A DNA stretch of 32,000 bases, taken from the NCBI RefSeq assembly GCF_003367075.2, contig NZ_CP065936.1, positions 1,770,001 to 1,802,000 of the forward strand, given 5' to 3'. This document shows positions 28,777 to 32,000 of the stretch, piece by piece. This DNA comes from Cylindrospermopsis raciborskii Cr2010. Its GTDB lineage: Bacteria; Cyanobacteriota; Cyanobacteriia; Cyanobacteriales; Nostocaceae. Every line of letters starts with the position of its first letter. Within the stretch, counting starts at the first letter, position 1. A model generated the notes under the pieces. It made no database searches. It was given only the letters and a program-made list of their open reading frames with translations, and had not been told where the DNA came from. The position numbers and the translations under genes were made by a program.

Positions 28777-28833
28777 CCGTTTTCTCCTTGACAGGCGATC
28801 GCCTGTTTAGTTAAGGTACCTGACACTAAAATT

Positions 28834-28859
28834 CCCTTTAGCTCAGTCGTGCTAAAGGG
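28834..28859 (-). terminator. Candidate terminator of the 28901-29155 gene
   Basis: CCCTTTAGC-N8-GCTAAAGGG perfect 9-bp stem; minus-strand 3' flank AATTTTAG. Confidence 0.55.
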
Positions 28860-28900
28860 GATTAAAACAGTAGTTGAGTTATCAGTAGGAATAAAAACAG

Positions 28901-29155
28901 CTAGTAATAACCATGATAACGCTCAGGTTCTGGTTGCACCACCGCAAAGTTAGACCCATCATGTAAGTAGCGAATGGCCTCCTCCTCTAAGCGATGAATT
29001 AGATAGGGTTCAATAGCATTACTTTGTCGCAGAGCTGCTAGATATCCATCCAAGTACATCCGCATATCATCTTGATGGTAACCGCGATTCCATAATTCGA
29101 CGAAGGCGTCCGTAAGTCTTTGGTAGTAGCGGATGGTTTGTGTGTCTTGAAGCAT
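28901..29155 (-). CDS. Small conserved cyanobacterial protein (DUF6761-like)
   Basis: MLQDTQTIRYYQRLTDAFVELWNRGYHQDDMRMYLDGYLAALRQSNAIEPYLIHRLEEEAIRYLHD. Confidence 0.7.
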   Translation of the reverse strand: MLQDTQTIRYYQRLTDAFVELWNRGYHQDDMRMYLDGYLAALRQSNAIEPYLIHRLEEEAIRYLHDGSNFAVVQPEPERYHGYY

Positions 29156-29551
29156 AACCGCTGATTTAATTTAGTGAGAATGGGAATTGTATATGATTTA
29201 CAATCAAAATTGACACTCCACCATCTAAAGAGAGGCGGATTCTTTAAGACTTGCTTGAAAGGGATATTCAAGGGTCCCCCGCAGTGTTAAATAAACCCTC
29301 CAGCAGTTAACGACTTGATCATATCCTAAATTATAGTCAAGATTAAACATTTTTTCCCAGTTCCCAAAAGCAAAACTAAGATTAAAATTTCCCGCATTGC
29401 ACCTAACAAATATCAGGGTGGGGATTGGTTGCAAAAGTTAAAATAAGATAAAATTAAAATTAGAATAAAATAAGATTTTGCCAAATTTCCAGGAGATTTA
29501 AATTTTTTGTGAGGTTTTGGGTGAGTAAATATAAAGATTAGGTCAACTCAA

Positions 29552-29593
29552 GTAACAAAAACTACAAAACATTCCGCCTGAGATTGTTAATTT
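29552..29593 (+). promoter_or_regulatory. Canonical class II NtcA-activated promoter
   Basis: GTAACAAAAACTAC (GTA-N8-TAC, 29552-29565), then exactly 22 nt, then TAATTT (TAN3T, 29588-29593), 32 nt before the GTG start. Confidence 0.75.
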
Positions 29594-29625
29594 GAAAATC
29601 ATCGACGCTAAGGGGTCTTACAACT

Positions 29626-30405
29626 GTGGGATCGGTTTGTATTGAAATTATTGAGGGGAATCCTCATCTGAGATCTTTGCTGGGTTGGCACTTGCAACAG
29701 CTAGAATACAAAGTACATCAAGCCGCTAGTATCTATCAAGCAAGGGAAGTTTTTTTAACCCATCAGCCAACTTTGGTTATTCTGGATGCTGATTTGTCTG
29801 ACAGTGACGGTGTGGAATTTTGCCACTGGTTACATGGTCAGGATCAACCTTTAATCCTGATGCTATCTGCTCGTAATAATGAAGCAGATATTGTAGCAGG
29901 GTTAAAAGCGGGGGCGGATGACTATTTGAGTAAACCCTTTGGTATGCAAGAATTTCTTGCACGAGTAGAATCTTTGATTCGCCGTAAACGTACGCCTACT
30001 GCACCAGCTCATTTAGATTATGGTAGTTTACAAATTGATTTAGTTCAACGCCGGGTACGTCTACAAGGGGAGTTTGTAGACTTAACACCTCAGGAGTTTA
30101 GTTTACTTTATGTTTTAGCGCAAGCTGGTGGGTCACCCTTAAGTAGATCTGAGTTGCTACGTCGTGCTTGGCCAGATGCTATTGATAATCCCCGAACTAT
30201 TGATACTCATGTTTTATCATTGCGGAAAAAGGTAGAACTGGATCCGCGCCAACCTAGTTTGATCCAAACCATTCGTAATGTGGGGTATAGATTTAACATG
30301 GAAATTTTAAAGGCAACTGTTTCACCTGTTTTACCAGCTCAAACCAGGTTAACAAGGGAAAGATTTACTGATAATCGTGCTACTTTGGCTACTCAGAGGG
30401 GTTGA
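29626..30405 (+). CDS. nrrA: OmpR-family response regulator, probably NrrA/Rre37-type nitrogen/carbon regulator
   Basis: MGSVCIEIIEGNPHLRSLLGWHLQQLEYKVHQAASIYQAREVF..., LDADLSDSDG, GADDYLSKPFG, DNA-binding RRAWPDAIDNPRTIDTHVLSLRKKVELDPRQPSLIQTIRNVGYRF; symbol supported by resemblance plus the upstream NtcA promoter. Confidence 0.65.
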   Translation: MGSVCIEIIEGNPHLRSLLGWHLQQLEYKVHQAASIYQAREVFLTHQPTLVILDADLSDSDGVEFCHWLHGQDQPLILMLSARNNEADIVAGLKAGADDYLSKPFGMQEFLARVESLIRRKRTPTAPAHLDYGSLQIDLVQRRVRLQGEFVDLTPQEFSLLYVLAQAGGSPLSRSELLRRAWPDAIDNPRTIDTHVLSLRKKVELDPRQPSLIQTIRNVGYRFNMEILKATVSPVLPAQTRLTRERFTDNRATLATQRG

Positions 30406-30413
30406 GGTGTGCT

Positions 30414-31202
30414 TTACCATTCTTCTGCTGCTGTTATGAGACTAGTTTTTAGAGCATCCCATTCCACTTGTGAGCTTGCTAGGTTGGTAACAATTTGACC
30501 TTGCTCAAGATGCAATAAACGATTACTAAACTCTTGGAAAATGTTAATTTGATAAGTGACCATCAAAACTGCGGTTTTTACATCTGGGCAAAGGTCAGAA
30601 ATCCCTTCTATGATTCTTTCTAGCAACCAGGAAGTCTCAACTGGGTCTAGAGCGGAAATGGGTTGGTCTAACAACAGAATTTTGGGCCGGGTGACAAGAG
30701 CGCGCACCAGGGCTACTAATTGCTGCTGACCCAGGGAAAGCTGTAATTCTGTCATTCCCATCCAAGTTTGAGGAATTTTTAGTCGCTCTCTCCAATATCC
30801 AATTCTTTCTTCAATTTCTCCCTGAGATATATTTCTTAACAATAAAGGATATGCTAGGGATTCCCTAACTGTCATCCCCAATAGTTTAGGTTCTTGTGCT
30901 ACAAGAACTACCTGTCGACGCAGTTCTACTATGGGAATTCCAGGGTATTCTTGGTTATTTAAGTAAATCTTACCACTACTAGGATCCTCTAGTCGGTTTA
31001 GTAGTCTCAGCAGTGATGTTTTTCCAGATCCCGATTTACCTACGACTATTGTGCGATCGCCTGGAAAGATTTCCCAGGAGATATTTTGCAAGATTGGATA
31101 CCCCATCATGTTTTTGGGCGATGGGGCTTTCAATTTTGCCCATAAACTAACTTGCTCCAGTTTGAGCAGGGGTGATAATTTTTCGGGAGCATCTTCAAGC
31201 AT
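30414..31202 (-). CDS. ABC transporter ATP-binding protein
   Basis: VVGKSGSGKTSLLRLLNRLEDP Walker A, LQLSLGQQQLVALVRALV signature, KILLLDQPISALDPVE Walker B. Confidence 0.88.
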   Translation of the reverse strand: MLEDAPEKLSPLLKLEQVSLWAKLKAPSPKNMMGYPILQNISWEIFPGDRTIVVGKSGSGKTSLLRLLNRLEDPSSGKIYLNNQEYPGIPIVELRRQVVLVAQEPKLLGMTVRESLAYPLLLRNISQGEIEERIGYWRERLKIPQTWMGMTELQLSLGQQQLVALVRALVTRPKILLLDQPISALDPVETSWLLERIIEGISDLCPDVKTAVLMVTYQINIFQEFSNRLLHLEQGQIVTNLASSQVEWDALKTSLITAAEEW

Positions 31203-31212
31203 TAAATCAAGG

Positions 31213-31752
31213 TTAAATCATAGAATTAGCTATATTAATAGTCCAAGCATCTACTAATAATAGGATAATAGTACAAATCAATAAGATTAAATACATCCAG
31301 GGTTGGGATAGGGGACGGACATCAGTGGTGTCCATACCTGTTTTTAACTGAACAAACTTCACTAGACGGTTGAATCCAGCAACGCGCATGGGTAACAAAT
31401 AAGCTTTACCCTCATCCGTGAGGAAATAGTAAACCAAACCTCCCTGTCCTGTGGTGCGACATTTGAGACTTTTAATTTCAGACCAGGGTAAAGACCAGTC
31501 TTGACGTAACAGTTTAGGAACCCAAACAGGATAGGTGACTTGAATTTCTTGTTCATTGACAATTACTCTTTGAGTGAGGACTGCATATAATGCCACCAAT
31601 CCAATTATTATCCCTAACCATAATAGTAGTGGTGTGACAGGTGCTTGTGTAACTTCCGCTAAAAATGGTAAAGGTAGTGTTAAGGCTATATAGAGTGTTA
31701 GAAGAGTAATCCTAATCAACGGAGAAAGGAAAAACGTGGTGCTTTCAGTCAT
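31213..31752 (-). CDS. Predicted membrane protein with PH-like domain between TM segments, unknown function
   Basis: MTESTTFFLSPLIRITLLTLYIALTLPLPFLAEV..., YPVWVPKLLRQDWSLPWSEIKSLKCRTTGQGGLVYYFLTDEGKAYLLPMRVAGFNRLVKFVQLKTG, C-terminal TM; start at ATG 31752. Confidence 0.6.
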   Translation of the reverse strand: MTESTTFFLSPLIRITLLTLYIALTLPLPFLAEVTQAPVTPLLLWLGIIIGLVALYAVLTQRVIVNEQEIQVTYPVWVPKLLRQDWSLPWSEIKSLKCRTTGQGGLVYYFLTDEGKAYLLPMRVAGFNRLVKFVQLKTGMDTTDVRPLSQPWMYLILLICTIILLLVDAWTINIANSMI

Positions 31753-31974
31753 AGACTTTCTAGGACAGAATCCAGATGTGGGATTGAGAGGGGTATTATA
31801 TCTTATCATAAATCTAAAAAACCAGTGGCAAAACCGGAAGGAACCTTCCAATTTTCGATAGAAATAATGCAGAAAATTCCAGTTGGTAGTCCCAGTTACA
31901 GCAATTGGGGATCATTGAGTGCTAAAGTTAAATATGTAATGTAAAATTGCGGCGTAATAAGCTCCTCAGCAGTT

Positions 31975-32000
31975 ATGGCTCAAATATTAGATTCTCTACC
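31975..32000 (+). CDS. Possible 5' end of a CDS truncated by the window edge
   Basis: ATG at 31975 followed by MAQILDSLP; too short to identify. Confidence 0.3.

Noticed and set aside
29225-29434. 69-aa minus-strand ORF in the gap upstream of the DUF6761-like gene
   Set aside because: No recognisable family, poor context; left unannotated though a homology search could change this.
3919-31060. HIP1 octamers as a possible defence/restriction signature
   Set aside because: HIP1 is a general cyanobacterial genomic feature; its distribution here is unremarkable.
1-32000. CRISPR array, transposon ends, toxin-antitoxin or phage genes
   Set aside because: No regularly spaced repeats, transposase, integrase or toxin-like small gene pairs were recognisable by eye on either strand.

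Overview
The window is a cyanobacterial chromosome segment. Its photosystem I, cytochrome b6f, Ycf39 and NblR-like genes, HIP1 octamers and low GC suggest Nostocales, possibly Raphidiopsis/Cylindrospermopsis-like; the taxonomy is inference. Most of it is dense housekeeping and photosynthesis gene content: remA-like, gmk, psaL/psaJ/psaF, tsaD, a GNAT, petM, ycf39, nadK, two OmpR-family regulators, prxQ, hemA, glpX, tadA, plsC, an S8 protease, bolA/grxD, and tRNA-Pro and tRNA-Leu. Two accessory-looking parts stand out. (1) At 12.2-17.9 kb there is a candidate reactive-sulfur or sulfite detoxification island: three TauE/SafE permeases, DUF1634, rhodanese-DUF2892, an ETHE1-like persulfide dioxygenase, and a divergent Cys-containing ArsR regulator facing a palindromic candidate operator, with no SQR in the window. 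(2) At 25.3-28.8 kb there is a tightly packed minus-strand cassette of EamA exporter, P-loop ATPase/kinase-like protein and homocitrate/isopropylmalate-synthase-like enzyme, ending in an MFS gene that seems to have lost its middle. A well-formed class II NtcA promoter (GTA-N8-TAC-N22-TAN3T) precedes the NrrA-like regulator. psaJ and petM are real short genes missing from the ORF track. I see no clear CRISPR array, transposase, prophage or defence system. Nothing here is proven to be a new system; the sulfur island and the NifV/LeuA-like cassette are the best candidates for follow-up.
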